Shown: piece after piece, positions 11,259 to 20,102 of the stretch
Layout of the letters: every line of letters begins with the position of its first letter
Numbering within the stretch: position 1 is the stretch's first letter
Made by a program: the position numbers and the translations under genes
Assembly (NCBI GenBank): GCA_963776245.1
Contig: CAVZLN010000006.1
Location: 1 to 64,000 of the forward strand
DNA length: 64,000 nucleotides
Direction: 5' to 3'
Source of the DNA: Candidatus Eiseniibacteriota bacterium
Lineage (GTDB): Bacteria; Eisenbacteria; RBG-16-71-46
Notes under the pieces: generated by a model
What the model was told of the DNA's origin: nothing
Databases searched by the model: none
The model's input: only the letters and a program-made list of their open reading frames with translations

Positions 11259-11314
11259 ACTCAAAATCCCGTTCGAGCAATCGAGTGTGGGTTCGACCCC
11301 CACCTCCGGCACCA
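11259..11314 (+). pseudogene. 3' half of tRNA-Leu(CAA), the att site (attR) of the island
   Basis: Anticodon loop CTCAAAA, variable arm TCGA-GCAA-TCGA, T-arm GTGGG-TTCGACC-CCCAC, acceptor 3' strand CTCCGGC-A-CCA. The 5' acceptor strand, D-arm and 5' anticodon stem are absent upstream. Confidence 0.88.
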
Positions 11315-11545
11315 GCCTCTTGCACACACTTACGGCCGCGGGCTGCGTCGCGCATCGCGCCTCCCTCCCGCAGATTGTGCTTGGTCTGCCCCAGTTCTCG
11401 GGCGGGCGTCGCTCGTGCGCTCCAACCTGCGGCGAGCTCCGCGTGAGGCCACGGCAACGCGATCAGCAGTTCAAGCCCTCGCGTCAACTACGAGTCTCTG
11501 CGCCTGCGGCGATTCGACTTCCAGGGCCTTTCGAAAGGCGCCCCC

Positions 11546-13600
11546 TTGAGACCACTTCAGGAAGTCCACCATCGCAAGCTGGATGTGGCTCCCCCTCGCC
11601 ATGACCATCGTGCACCGGCGAGAGAGCCGTGGGTCGTCTGTCTGCTGGTGGCAATGGTGCTGGCTGCCGTCGGCGTGGACGCGCTCCGCGTCGGCTTCTT
11701 CGCTGACGACTTCCACTTCCTCGACGTCGCTCTCCGCGTGCCGCTCGCGACGCTCGTCACGGGCGCCCACGGCATGTGGCCCTGGTATCGCCCCCTTTCA
11801 CGGGAACTCTTCTTCAAGGGCATCGCCACCGTAGGACCGGATGGTCTAGTCGCGGCACATGCCGTGAGCCTTCTGACGTTGCTCGGCATCCTCTGGCTCG
11901 TCTGGCGCATCGGGCGACGCCTGCTCGGTCCCTCGGCGGCAGCGATCGCCATCGCGCTCGTGGTGACGTTCGACCACACGAAGTTCCTCACGGCGTGGGC
12001 GAGTGGACTCCAGGATCTGCTCTCCACGTTCCTCATCCTGCTTGCCGTTGATGCCCATCAGGCGGGCCGACACCGGCTCGCGCTGCTCGGCGTCGTCCTT
12101 GCGCCGATGGCCAAGGAGACAGGCTTCGTCGCGCTTCCGCTCCTGATCGCCAGTGATGTGGTGCTCCTGCGGCGCGTCGGGCGCGTTCCCCAACTGCTGC
12201 GCTACGCGAGCGGGGCCGTTCTCTCGCTGTGCATCCACGTCGCTGCCCGACTGTCCTGGGGCGCGGCCACGGGCACGCTGAGGAACGTCATCGAACCCGA
12301 ACGATTGACGGCTGTCCTCAGCGGCGCGGCGCGAGGCTTCATCCTTCGCGCCCCCGAGACCGCACCCGGCGCCGAGGCACTGGTTCTTGCTTCGATCGCC
12401 GCTCTGCTCTCTTTCGCGCTGGTCGCACTGGCCCGCTCATTCGAACGTGAGGCTCCCGAAGCTCCCAACCAGACGATCCACCGCCGCGGGATCCTCTTCG
12501 CGACCGTGGCGGCCCTGTTCGGTGTGGTGCCGGTCGTGGTCGGTCACCTGCTGACCCTGACGTTCGCACACAGCTATCACCTGTTTCCCGCAATCCCGTG
12601 GATCGCCCTCCTGCTCGCTCGCGGGATCCAGCAGCTACCGAGCCTCGTCTGGCGGTCCGCGCTTCCGATACTGGTCGCCTGGAACGTCTGGGCTTCGGGG
12701 TTCGTTGCACTCGACATGGACCGGAGTGAGAACTGGGGATTCCAGCGCTGGGACTGGGGACAGACCCTGCGCTTCACGGCCCAGACGCAGCGGCTCTCCG
12801 AGGATGTACGCCGCAGTCTCGCGGCACGACCGGAGAGTCTCGTCGTCCTCTACGATGGCCGCCCGGGCGGCGCGTACTTCCAGACCGAGGATGGGCCGGC
12901 CACCCGGGTGATCCTCGGCGACCCGACCGTGCGTACGTTCGGCCTCAACGAACCGCCTGCGGATATTCGGGAGGACCGCCTATCCATCCTGACGTTCGAT
13001 ACCGACCGCCTTCACCTGCGCCCGGTGGACTGGACTCACTCCGAGACACTGCTGCGGGCGATGAAGGCCGTGACGGCAGGTCGCGGGGACGTGGCTCTGG
13101 CACTGCTCGCCTTCAACGCCTCTTCGGATCCGGCCCCGTTCGACCGCGCCTATGTGCGTTCCGCAGCGCTGCTCTTGACGGGCGGCTCAACCCGCTACAT
13201 CGCGGGACTGGAAGAGGCTGGACTCGGCGATACGACAAGGGCTCTCCCGTCCAGACTCTCGGCCCCGCTTGCGCAGCGCGATCGAGGGCTTGCCGCGGTC
13301 ATGGAGAGAATGACGCGAAGCCCCACATCTGCATCAACACACGCGGCGCTTGCCGAATCGCTACTGGCGCGGGAGGCGCTTCCCGCCGCGGGCGTCGAAT
13401 TCCGAATCGCATCGACGTTGGACGCCGGACGCCTCGCAGACCGCTACCGACTCGCCCTGGTCATGCTCGGCCTGGGGGGCACTCGCGAAGCCGTCGCGGA
13501 GCTGCAAGCGCTGGTGGACATGCCGACCTCAGGTGCAGTGCGCCCCGCCGCGCGCGCACTTCTCGATCGCGTCCGAAGCGAGTCGCGGCTGACGCCCTGA
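11546..13600 (+). CDS. Polytopic membrane protein, GT-C/ArnT-like glycosyltransferase fold, with a C-terminal TPR-like region (start uncertain)
   Basis: GFFADDFHFL and YRPL loop after the first TM helix, AKE motif, many hydrophobic segments. Confidence 0.6.
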   Translation: MRPLQEVHHRKLDVAPPRHDHRAPAREPWVVCLLVAMVLAAVGVDALRVGFFADDFHFLDVALRVPLATLVTGAHGMWPWYRPLSRELFFKGIATVGPDGLVAAHAVSLLTLLGILWLVWRIGRRLLGPSAAAIAIALVVTFDHTKFLTAWASGLQDLLSTFLILLAVDAHQAGRHRLALLGVVLAPMAKETGFVALPLLIASDVVLLRRVGRVPQLLRYASGAVLSLCIHVAARLSWGAATGTLRNVIEPERLTAVLSGAARGFILRAPETAPGAEALVLASIAALLSFALVALARSFEREAPEAPNQTIHRRGILFATVAALFGVVPVVVGHLLTLTFAHSYHLFPAIPWIALLLARGIQQLPSLVWRSALPILVAWNVWASGFVALDMDRSENWGFQRWDWGQTLRFTAQTQRLSEDVRRSLAARPESLVVLYDGRPGGAYFQTEDGPATRVILGDPTVRTFGLNEPPADIREDRLSILTFDTDRLHLRPVDWTHSETLLRAMKAVTAGRGDVALALLAFNASSDPAPFDRAYVRSAALLLTGGSTRYIAGLEEAGLGDTTRALPSRLSAPLAQRDRGLAAVMERMTRSPTSASTHAALAESLLAREALPAAGVEFRIASTLDAGRLADRYRLALVMLGLGGTREAVAELQALVDMPTSGAVRPAARALLDRVRSESRLTP

Positions 13601-13772
13601 GGCCACCGCGATTAGCTTGAGCGCGCCCACACGCAGAAGCCACGGGGCCAAGGCAGCGGATTGGACAATCGATGCCCCGACTGGCTGGGGCTGCGGGTTT
13701 GGCACGGGAGTGCTCAAAGACCGGCATGAGCTCGCGGGGCCATCGTCTTCCTCCCACAACCCGCACGAGACC

Positions 13773-14396
13773 CTATCCCGCATTCCGCCTCAGGATCGAC
13801 CTTGCCATTCGATTGCCCATCCAAGCAGCTTCCGAGAACCAGTACCGAGCCCATCTGGCGCTAGGCCTCACGCCCACTCCGTCTCGGTAGCAGAACCCGA
13901 GGTTGCAGAGTGCCTTCGCGTCGCCCTGACTGGCCGCCCGCCGGTAGCATCGAACTGCGGCGTCCCAGTTCCTACGTGTCCCAGGTCCCTCGTAGAAGCA
14001 GACGCCGAGGTCGCGCTGTGCATCTGCGTCATTCTGTTCAGCCGCTCTCTTGAACCAGTGAACGGCACGCCTCGCGTTTCGGGTGACACCCTTCCCATCC
14101 CTGTATGCGAGTGCCAGATTGTACTCGGCCGTCACCTCGCCCCGCCGCGCGGCTTGCCGGTAGTAGGCAATCGCCTTCCGGACATTCCTCGGCACGCCGT
14201 CGCCGACGTCATGGCACACGCCGAGATAGAACAAGGCCCGGGCGTGGCCCTGCGCCGCCGAACGCTTCCACCACTCGATGGCGTTGCGCCAGCGTCGAGG
14301 CCGATGCCGTCCAAGGGCGAGCCGGTAGCCAAGTCGAAACTGAGCATCGGCGTCTCCAGCAAGTGCAAGACGTCGAAGTGCGGCCGTCGTGATCAT
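13773..14396 (-). CDS. Sel1-like repeat protein
   Basis: Repeated A..G...A.YNLA..Y..G.GV..N...A..W...AA.Q units. Confidence 0.9.
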   Translation of the reverse strand: MITTAALRRLALAGDADAQFRLGYRLALGRHRPRRWRNAIEWWKRSAAQGHARALFYLGVCHDVGDGVPRNVRKAIAYYRQAARRGEVTAEYNLALAYRDGKGVTRNARRAVHWFKRAAEQNDADAQRDLGVCFYEGPGTRRNWDAAVRCYRRAASQGDAKALCNLGFCYRDGVGVRPSARWARYWFSEAAWMGNRMARSILRRNAG

Positions 14397-14530
14397 GCGA
14401 GTTCCCTCTCCTTGACTCGGGAGATCAGGCCTCTGCTCCTGAGTTCATCTCGCTTCACCTCCCAATTGAATCGCACCGCTTCTCGGTTCGGGAGCACGCC
14501 TCACCTGTGCATCACCTTTCACCGTTGGAT

Positions 14531-15487
14531 TCAGCGAAAGCGTTCCTTCAGCTCGCCCCACGAGAGCCTCCTCGCCGCGGTCGTCAGGTTGCCGTAGACC
14601 TCGATGGTCCCGTGAAGATCGCCAGCTGCGAATAGGCGCCCCGACGCATCGACGGCGAGGCAATTCGCCGACGCGGACAGGCTCTGCGGCCCGAATGTCG
14701 TCCAAGATGCGACGACGCCTCCGTCGAGTGTGTACTTCGTGATGCGGCCGGGTGTCGGCTCGCTGACGTAGACGTGGTTCGACGGCGCGAGCGCGATCCC
14801 CGGCGGGTAGTTGACGGTCGCTCCCCCGACGGCCCCCCACTCCCCGAGCGGCTGTCCCGCGTAATCGAACTTCCTAACGTGGCAGCCGGAACTGAGCACG
14901 TAGAGATTGTCGCTCGCGTCGAAGCGAAGCCGCTGCGGCGACTCCCAACCGGGGCTGACCGCGAACCCGGTCACATAGCCGCCGGCGGACGTGAACTTAT
15001 CGGCTCGTTTCTTGGTTGCATCGAGCACCCAGACGAAACCCTGATGATCGACGGCCAGGCCGATCGGGAAGCCCCACTCCCCGGGTCCGGTCCCCGGCGG
15101 TCGTGACCACCAGCCGACCAGCAGGCCGTCGATGGTGTAGCGGTAGACGATCGAGCCGAAGGGGTCGACGGCATAGATGTACCCCGCGGGGTGGATTGCG
15201 AAGTCCCAGGGAGCAAACCCGAAGTTGAGAACCGTCGAGAACTGGCCCGCGGGCGTGACTCGCTGCAGGTCCTTTCGTGCCCCATCCGATACATACAGGT
15301 TGCCCTGCTGGTCCATCGCCATACTGCGTGGGGCCACCAGTTGGCCGGGGCCGTAGCCGGGGCCTCCCCAGGAGCCGATGTAGGTCGGCGGTGTCTCCTG
15401 CGCAAGGGCCACATGGCATGCCCAGGGCGAGAAGAACGTCACTGCCAGGCTCAACCCGACCAGAGACATGCGAGTAGCCTTCGGCAT
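14531..15487 (-). CDS. Secreted NHL-repeat beta-propeller protein with a C-terminal SWGELKERFR tail
   Basis: Signal peptide; GPGQLVAPRSMAMDQQGNLYVSD and FPIGLAVDHQGFVWVLD repeats. Confidence 0.85.
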   Translation of the reverse strand: MPKATRMSLVGLSLAVTFFSPWACHVALAQETPPTYIGSWGGPGYGPGQLVAPRSMAMDQQGNLYVSDGARKDLQRVTPAGQFSTVLNFGFAPWDFAIHPAGYIYAVDPFGSIVYRYTIDGLLVGWWSRPPGTGPGEWGFPIGLAVDHQGFVWVLDATKKRADKFTSAGGYVTGFAVSPGWESPQRLRFDASDNLYVLSSGCHVRKFDYAGQPLGEWGAVGGATVNYPPGIALAPSNHVYVSEPTPGRITKYTLDGGVVASWTTFGPQSLSASANCLAVDASGRLFAAGDLHGTIEVYGNLTTAARRLSWGELKERFR

Positions 15488-15568
15488 CACACCCTCCGTG
15501 CTGGACACCAACGGACCTGCTCCCCGGACCTTGCTGAACAGTGCCCCGCCACCCAGGCTCCTCTCCAG

Positions 15569-15682
15569 CTAGCTGGGGCTTCTCCTGATGCGCTGACGAA
15601 GCTGCGTAATCGTGAGGGCATGCGCGGGTCGATGGAGCATGGCGTGGCAATTGGGGCAGACCGGGATCAGGTCTCGGGTGAC
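15569..15682 (-). pseudogene. C-terminal fragment of an McrA-like HNH endonuclease
   Basis: Minus strand reads VTRDLIPVCPNCHAMLHRPAHALTITQLRQRIRRSPS*. No recognisable upstream part. Confidence 0.7.
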
Positions 15683-15922
15683 CAGCTCCCCGTCTTGCAC
15701 GCAGTCGTGGCTTCAGTCCGCCGCGGTCCCGGCGAGCCAGAGTACTAGGTCGTGAACATCACGGACCAATCCTCCGCGTGACGCGGAAGTCATGCACATG
15801 TGGCTCGCATGCCCCGGCGACAAGCACTGTGAGCCTTTAGTAGTAATGATAGAGGGGCGGGCGGCCTTCGGCCGACTGCTACCCACCCCGAGCATTCCGT
15901 CGCAGCCCCTTCGCAGCGGCAG

Positions 15923-16411
15923 CTAAGGACTCACGAACTGCTTGTCCTTCTCGCTTGCCACGATCGGCTTACCCGTGACGCTCTTCAGCTGAAAGAGCAT
16001 CTCCCGGTAATTCTGGTCGGCCCCCTGAATCAGCAATCCGCCCTTGGTCGAGTCTGCCTTGGCGTATTCAATGCCGATGAAATGGAGGCGCTGCTTGTGC
16101 AGCAAGCCGAAGAGAGCGATGGGCGCGACCACGATGCCGAGGGAGACCATCATCGCGACGTGACGATGCGCCTCCTGCCCGTAGCTCAGTCCCGTGACCT
16201 CCCTTGGGCTGCACTCGAAGACCTGGCCGTCCTTGCTGATGAAGCGAATCTTCTCGGGGGTCACGGTGAATATGTTGTCCCAGTCCTTCGGGCCGACCTT
16301 CGTCTGCAACGGCCCCCCGTTGTAGCGGACCTTGTTCCATGTCGTGCCCGCATCGGCAAACGCGAGGTTCGCGAAGGCAAGAAGGAGAAGGATGGCGACG
16401 GCTTTACGCAT
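15923..16411 (-). CDS. Hypothetical exported protein
   Basis: GGAGG RBS, signal peptide MRKAVAILLLLAFANLAFA, protein-like composition. Confidence 0.7.
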   Translation of the reverse strand: MRKAVAILLLLAFANLAFADAGTTWNKVRYNGGPLQTKVGPKDWDNIFTVTPEKIRFISKDGQVFECSPREVTGLSYGQEAHRHVAMMVSLGIVVAPIALFGLLHKQRLHFIGIEYAKADSTKGGLLIQGADQNYREMLFQLKSVTGKPIVASEKDKQFVSP

Positions 16412-16568
16412 AGCGACCTCCGAGTTAGGCACCGGCCAGACAGCTTCTACTCGGTGTGCGGCACGTGGGGTTTGCACCCCTAAAGCGGGTAGCATCCGCT
16501 GCTACGCAGCGGCTACACGATCCCGTTGCCATCCTACTCCCCTTCGCTCCTCCACGCTCCGATTCACA

Positions 16569-16634
16569 ATGCGGAAGAGCCGGTTCACGGATGAGCCGAT
16601 CGTCGCCATCGTGCGTGAGCGCGAGCGCGAGGCG
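16569..16634 (+). pseudogene. IS3-family transposase OrfA N-terminal relic
   Basis: MRKSRFTDEPIVAIVRERERE resembles the MxKSRFTxEQIxxILRE start of IS3/IS407 OrfA. Similarity is lost after ~22 codons. Confidence 0.65.
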
Positions 16635-16697
16635 TTCGACACCAACCTCCGGCGCCAGCCGCGCACCTGGGGATCACTGCTGAGAACCCGGCGCGGT

Positions 16698-17246
16698 TCA
16701 CTCGTCCGGGTGCCGTTGGGCGCTGGCGGACATCGCGGGATCCAGAGCGAGCTCCTGCGGTCCCAGCAGGAGGAACCAGATGCCCGGGGCCAGACCCCAG
16801 ACGATGAGCTCGCGGATGCTCCGGCCGACGCCGGGTGCCTCATGCCCTCCCCCCCGGCTGCCGCCCATCCAGAACTCGAGCGCGAAGCTGGCGGCGAACA
16901 GGACCAGCTCGGCCGCGACGATGAGCGCGAGACCGCGGAGCAGCGCTCCCAGCCGTCCTGCCAGCCGCGTGCGGCGGCTGGCAAGACAGAGTGCGGCGAA
17001 CAGACCGATCTCGAACGGAGTCGAGACCCCGAGACCGGTCACGCGGATCGGGACTCCCAGCGAAGGGAGTACATACGAGAGGGTCTCCCCCAGCCAGCGC
17101 TGGTAGGGCAGCGCAAGATACCAGCACAGCGGCGCCAGCGCCGTGGCCCAGGCCAGCACACCGAGCAGCCAGCGCCCCGGCGCCTCTCTCGGCGTGACGC
17201 GCGGGCGAGGCGTGGTGGTGCCGCGGTTCGCCGTCTGAGGATGCAT
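16698..17246 (-). CDS. Membrane protein, possible exosortase-associated partner
   Basis: About four TM segments (GLFAALCLAS...LGALLRGLALIV); divergent from the exosortase gene. Confidence 0.55.
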   Translation of the reverse strand: MHPQTANRGTTTPRPRVTPREAPGRWLLGVLAWATALAPLCWYLALPYQRWLGETLSYVLPSLGVPIRVTGLGVSTPFEIGLFAALCLASRRTRLAGRLGALLRGLALIVAAELVLFAASFALEFWMGGSRGGGHEAPGVGRSIRELIVWGLAPGIWFLLLGPQELALDPAMSASAQRHPDE

Positions 17247-17432
17247 CGACAGGTCCCGGGTTGAGCCGCGGCGACCTCGTCTCGAGAGCGAGTCCTGCAC
17301 CGCGGGCGACAGTACCTTGAAAGCCCTTGACCGGGTCGACGGCCTCGCCGACCCTCCTTCTGTCACACGATCACGCGCCCGCGGAAGCTCATCGAGCGCT
17401 CGGCGACTCGATCCAGCGAAACGGACACTACC

Positions 17433-18017
17433 ATGCCCCACGCTCCCCATTCGCGAGCGCATCCGCTCAAGCGCGCGTCTCGGTCGGACCAGCAGGCCCC
17501 GGGTCGGGGCGGGGCGCCGGAGCGCGGTCCGCGGCGCATCTCGCCAGCCGCGGCGTATCTGCTGAAGGCCGGATCGGGGTTGCTGGTGGTGCTCTGGCTG
17601 CCCGCCCGCTTTCCGCAGGTCGAGCACCGGGCGATCGAGGCCACGGTCTTCTGCCTGCGGGCCGGCTTCGCCGCGATCGGTGATCCGGTGAGTGTCGTCG
17701 GCAATACCCTCACGCTCCGGCACTTCTCATTCACCATCGTTCCCGACTGCACGCCGCTGATGCCGACCCTGCTGGCGGCGATCGCCATCCTGGCGTTCCC
17801 GAGTCCCTGGCGGGCTCGGGCCTGGGGCCTCGGCGCGGCGGTCGCGGTGCTCTGGTTCTACAATCTGTTCCGGATCATGGCCCTCATGGGGCTCACGGTC
17901 GTGTGGCCGGGCGCCTTCGAGTTCGCGCACGTCTACCTGTGGCAGACCGTGACCCTGGTGGTCGTGGTCGGCACCGTGGTGACCTGGATGCGATTCGCCG
18001 TGCGCGCGACTCGCTGA
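17433..18017 (+). CDS. Exosortase/archaeosortase family transpeptidase (XrtH-like)
   Basis: Cys-Arg-His triad in the expected contexts: IVPDCTP, NLFRI, FAHVYLWQ; also AILAFPSPWRAR. Confidence 0.85.
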   Translation: MPHAPHSRAHPLKRASRSDQQAPGRGGAPERGPRRISPAAAYLLKAGSGLLVVLWLPARFPQVEHRAIEATVFCLRAGFAAIGDPVSVVGNTLTLRHFSFTIVPDCTPLMPTLLAAIAILAFPSPWRARAWGLGAAVAVLWFYNLFRIMALMGLTVVWPGAFEFAHVYLWQTVTLVVVVGTVVTWMRFAVRATR

Positions 18018-18159
18018 CGCACGAGGTGCGGAGCCCGGAACGGATTGGCCGTCGCACGCCGGACGGGATATCCTGCCGCGCTCGAACCCAACGCGGCCCG
18101 GTGGACCGCTCCCCCTCGCGCGCCTCCCTCGCGCCCGCGCGTCAGCCTCAGGAGACCCC

Positions 18160-18418
18160 ATGAGCATCGAGGAGACCATCCGCGACTTCCTGCTGCGCGA
18201 GCTTCTCTACGCCGAGCCGGGCACGACGCTGGACCTCGACGAGAACCTGTTCAAGCGGCGCGCCATCGACTCCATCGGCCTGCTGCGCGTGGTCGGCTTC
18301 CTCGAGAGCACCTACGACATCGAGCTGATCGACGATGACCTGGCGCCCGGGAACCTCGAGACGGTCGGGTCGCATCGCGGCGCTGGTCCGCCGCAAGCTC
18401 GACGCGAAGGCAGGGTAG
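18160..18418 (+). CDS. Acyl carrier protein (frameshift near 18370)
   Basis: IDSIGLLRVVGFLESTYDI phosphopantetheine motif. The shifted frame gives RIAALVRRKLDAKAG* ending at 18418. Confidence 0.8.
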
Positions 18419-18423
18419 GAAGC

Positions 18424-19056
18424 ATGGGCTCGTTCGACGACCTGGCGCTCGACCTCGCGCGGCTGCGGCGCTATGGGCGGGAGCGGAACTGGCTCGGCTG
18501 GCTGCTCCTGATCGTCAGCACCGAGGAGCTATGGGTGATCGTGACCTATCGCCTCGCCCGCTGGTCGCTCTTCGAGTGCCGGGTGCCGGTGGTGCGCCAG
18601 CTGCTCTCGTTCATCTTCCGCGCCCATCTGCGGCTGCTGCGCGTGCTGCTCCACGTCTGGATCGCGCCCCAGGCCAGCATCGGCGGCGGGCTCTACATCA
18701 ATCACTTCGGCACCATCTGGGTGAACCCCAGCGCGGTGATGGGCCGCTTCTGCAACCTGCACCAGGGCGTCACCATCGGCCAGGGCGGCCGCGGTGCCAC
18801 GTTCGGGGTGCCGCGGCTCGGCGACCGCGTCAACCTCGGACCGTACGCCACCGTCCTGGGCCGCGTGACGATCGGCAACGACGTGCTCATCGGCGCCAAT
18901 TCGCTCGTCGTCCAGGACATCCCGGACCACGCCGTGGCCATCGGGGTGCCCGCGCGGGTGATCTCTCTGCAGGGAAGCGGCATCCCGGAGGATCCAACTC
19001 AGCCGGTGGCTCCCGATGAGACGATCGCGCCGCCGCCGGTCGCGCGAGGAGATTGA
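18424..19056 (+). CDS. Serine O-acetyltransferase-like hexapeptide acyltransferase (CysE/WcaB-like)
   Basis: IGGGLYINHFG, LHQGVTIG, IGANSLVVQDIP, IGVPARV. Confidence 0.85.
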   Translation: MGSFDDLALDLARLRRYGRERNWLGWLLLIVSTEELWVIVTYRLARWSLFECRVPVVRQLLSFIFRAHLRLLRVLLHVWIAPQASIGGGLYINHFGTIWVNPSAVMGRFCNLHQGVTIGQGGRGATFGVPRLGDRVNLGPYATVLGRVTIGNDVLIGANSLVVQDIPDHAVAIGVPARVISLQGSGIPEDPTQPVAPDETIAPPPVARGD

Positions 19057-19096
19057 TGCTCCCCTTGGCGCGTCGTGGGCGTCGGGCCGCCTTCGA

Positions 19097-19975
19097 TCAC
19101 CGATAGATCGTCTTCACCGCGCCCCAGGTCCTCGAACGCGTCGCCGTGGGCACGCACGGGCTGGGTGTGCAGGTGGTGCCGGGACCGGCGGGTGAGCCGC
19201 CGAGCAGCGTGCACTCACCGGGGAACTGCATCGAGCAGCTGTTGTCCGACAGGCAGCAGGCCTGCACCGTGGGCAGCGAGAGTTCCACGCTCACGTCGTC
19301 GATGTAGTAGTACGCGCCGCCCGGCCACAGGCCCGGGCCCGGCACGGTCGAGGTGCTCGCGTCGTCATGGAAGCTGCCGATGACGATGTGGTCCTCCCCA
19401 CCGCTCGCCACCACCACGCCGCTGATCAGGGTCCAGCCCGTGGCATCGGTCAGGTGCACGTTGGCGGCGCTCTCCACCTGAGGCGTGACCGCGAGAGGTG
19501 CGTAGTTCGGCACCGGACCCACCGGGCCCACCGACAGGTAGGCGCCCAGTCGATCGATCGCGAGCATGGATTGGTCGGCCAGCGACACGTAGAACTGGAC
19601 GAGATACGCGGTGTTGGCCACCAGCGGTGAAGTGAGGGGCGCCTGCACGTACTCCCGGTAGTCCGCGGCGGCTGACAGCGGGATGAGCCCGGCGTAGCCC
19701 ACGCCGCTGTGCGCGGCCTGGTAGCCCTGCTCGTTCTGGGGCACGTTCACCGACGGGAACACCACCGGCGCGCAGGCGTTCAGATAGTCCGACGTGCCGG
19801 TGGTCGGCGCATCCCACGGTGCGGCCTGGTAGGTCTGGCCGAAACTGGTGGGACAGCTCACGTAGCTCTCGAAGTTCCCGTTGGGGACCAGATTCACGGC
19901 GTGGGAGGCGCGGGGGGCCGCCAGCATCGCGCACACCAGACCCAGCGCTGTGATCCGATCGAGGCGGAGATCCAT
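19097..19975 (-). CDS. Secreted protein: beta-sandwich domain, Cys-rich ACC motif, C-terminal TWGAVKTIYR tail
   Basis: AGGAG RBS, signal peptide, NLVPNGNFE...YREYVQAPL...YYYIDDVSV, ACCLSDNSC...CTPSPC. Confidence 0.85.
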   Translation of the reverse strand: MDLRLDRITALGLVCAMLAAPRASHAVNLVPNGNFESYVSCPTSFGQTYQAAPWDAPTTGTSDYLNACAPVVFPSVNVPQNEQGYQAAHSGVGYAGLIPLSAAADYREYVQAPLTSPLVANTAYLVQFYVSLADQSMLAIDRLGAYLSVGPVGPVPNYAPLAVTPQVESAANVHLTDATGWTLISGVVVASGGEDHIVIGSFHDDASTSTVPGPGLWPGGAYYYIDDVSVELSLPTVQACCLSDNSCSMQFPGECTLLGGSPAGPGTTCTPSPCVPTATRSRTWGAVKTIYR

Positions 19976-20102
19976 GGGGCTGCTCCTGTTGGGGGTGGGA
20001 TCAGGGCCGCCGAGCGGCCCCACCTTAGGTGCGCGCTGCCACCCCTCGATTCGGAATATCACGGGGCGGACAACTTCCGTCGAGCATCGCCCAGCGAGTT
20101 CC

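Larger units (their letters stand above)
1..11314. mobile_element. Right end of a tRNA-Leu(CAA)-integrated phage-related island (left end outside the window)
   Basis: Bounded by a tRNA 3'-half duplicate at 11259-11314. Contains a cos-like site, a DNA methyltransferase and terminase genes. No integrase is visible in the window. Confidence 0.75.

Noticed and set aside
11230..11314. Intact tRNA-Leu gene
   Set aside because: The 5' acceptor strand, D-arm and 5' anticodon stem are missing.
18160..19056. ACP-acetyltransferase fusion protein (as in the ORF track)
   Set aside because: A single frameshift near 18370 restores a normal ACP end with a stop at 18418, followed by an RBS-like AGGA and ATG at 18424.
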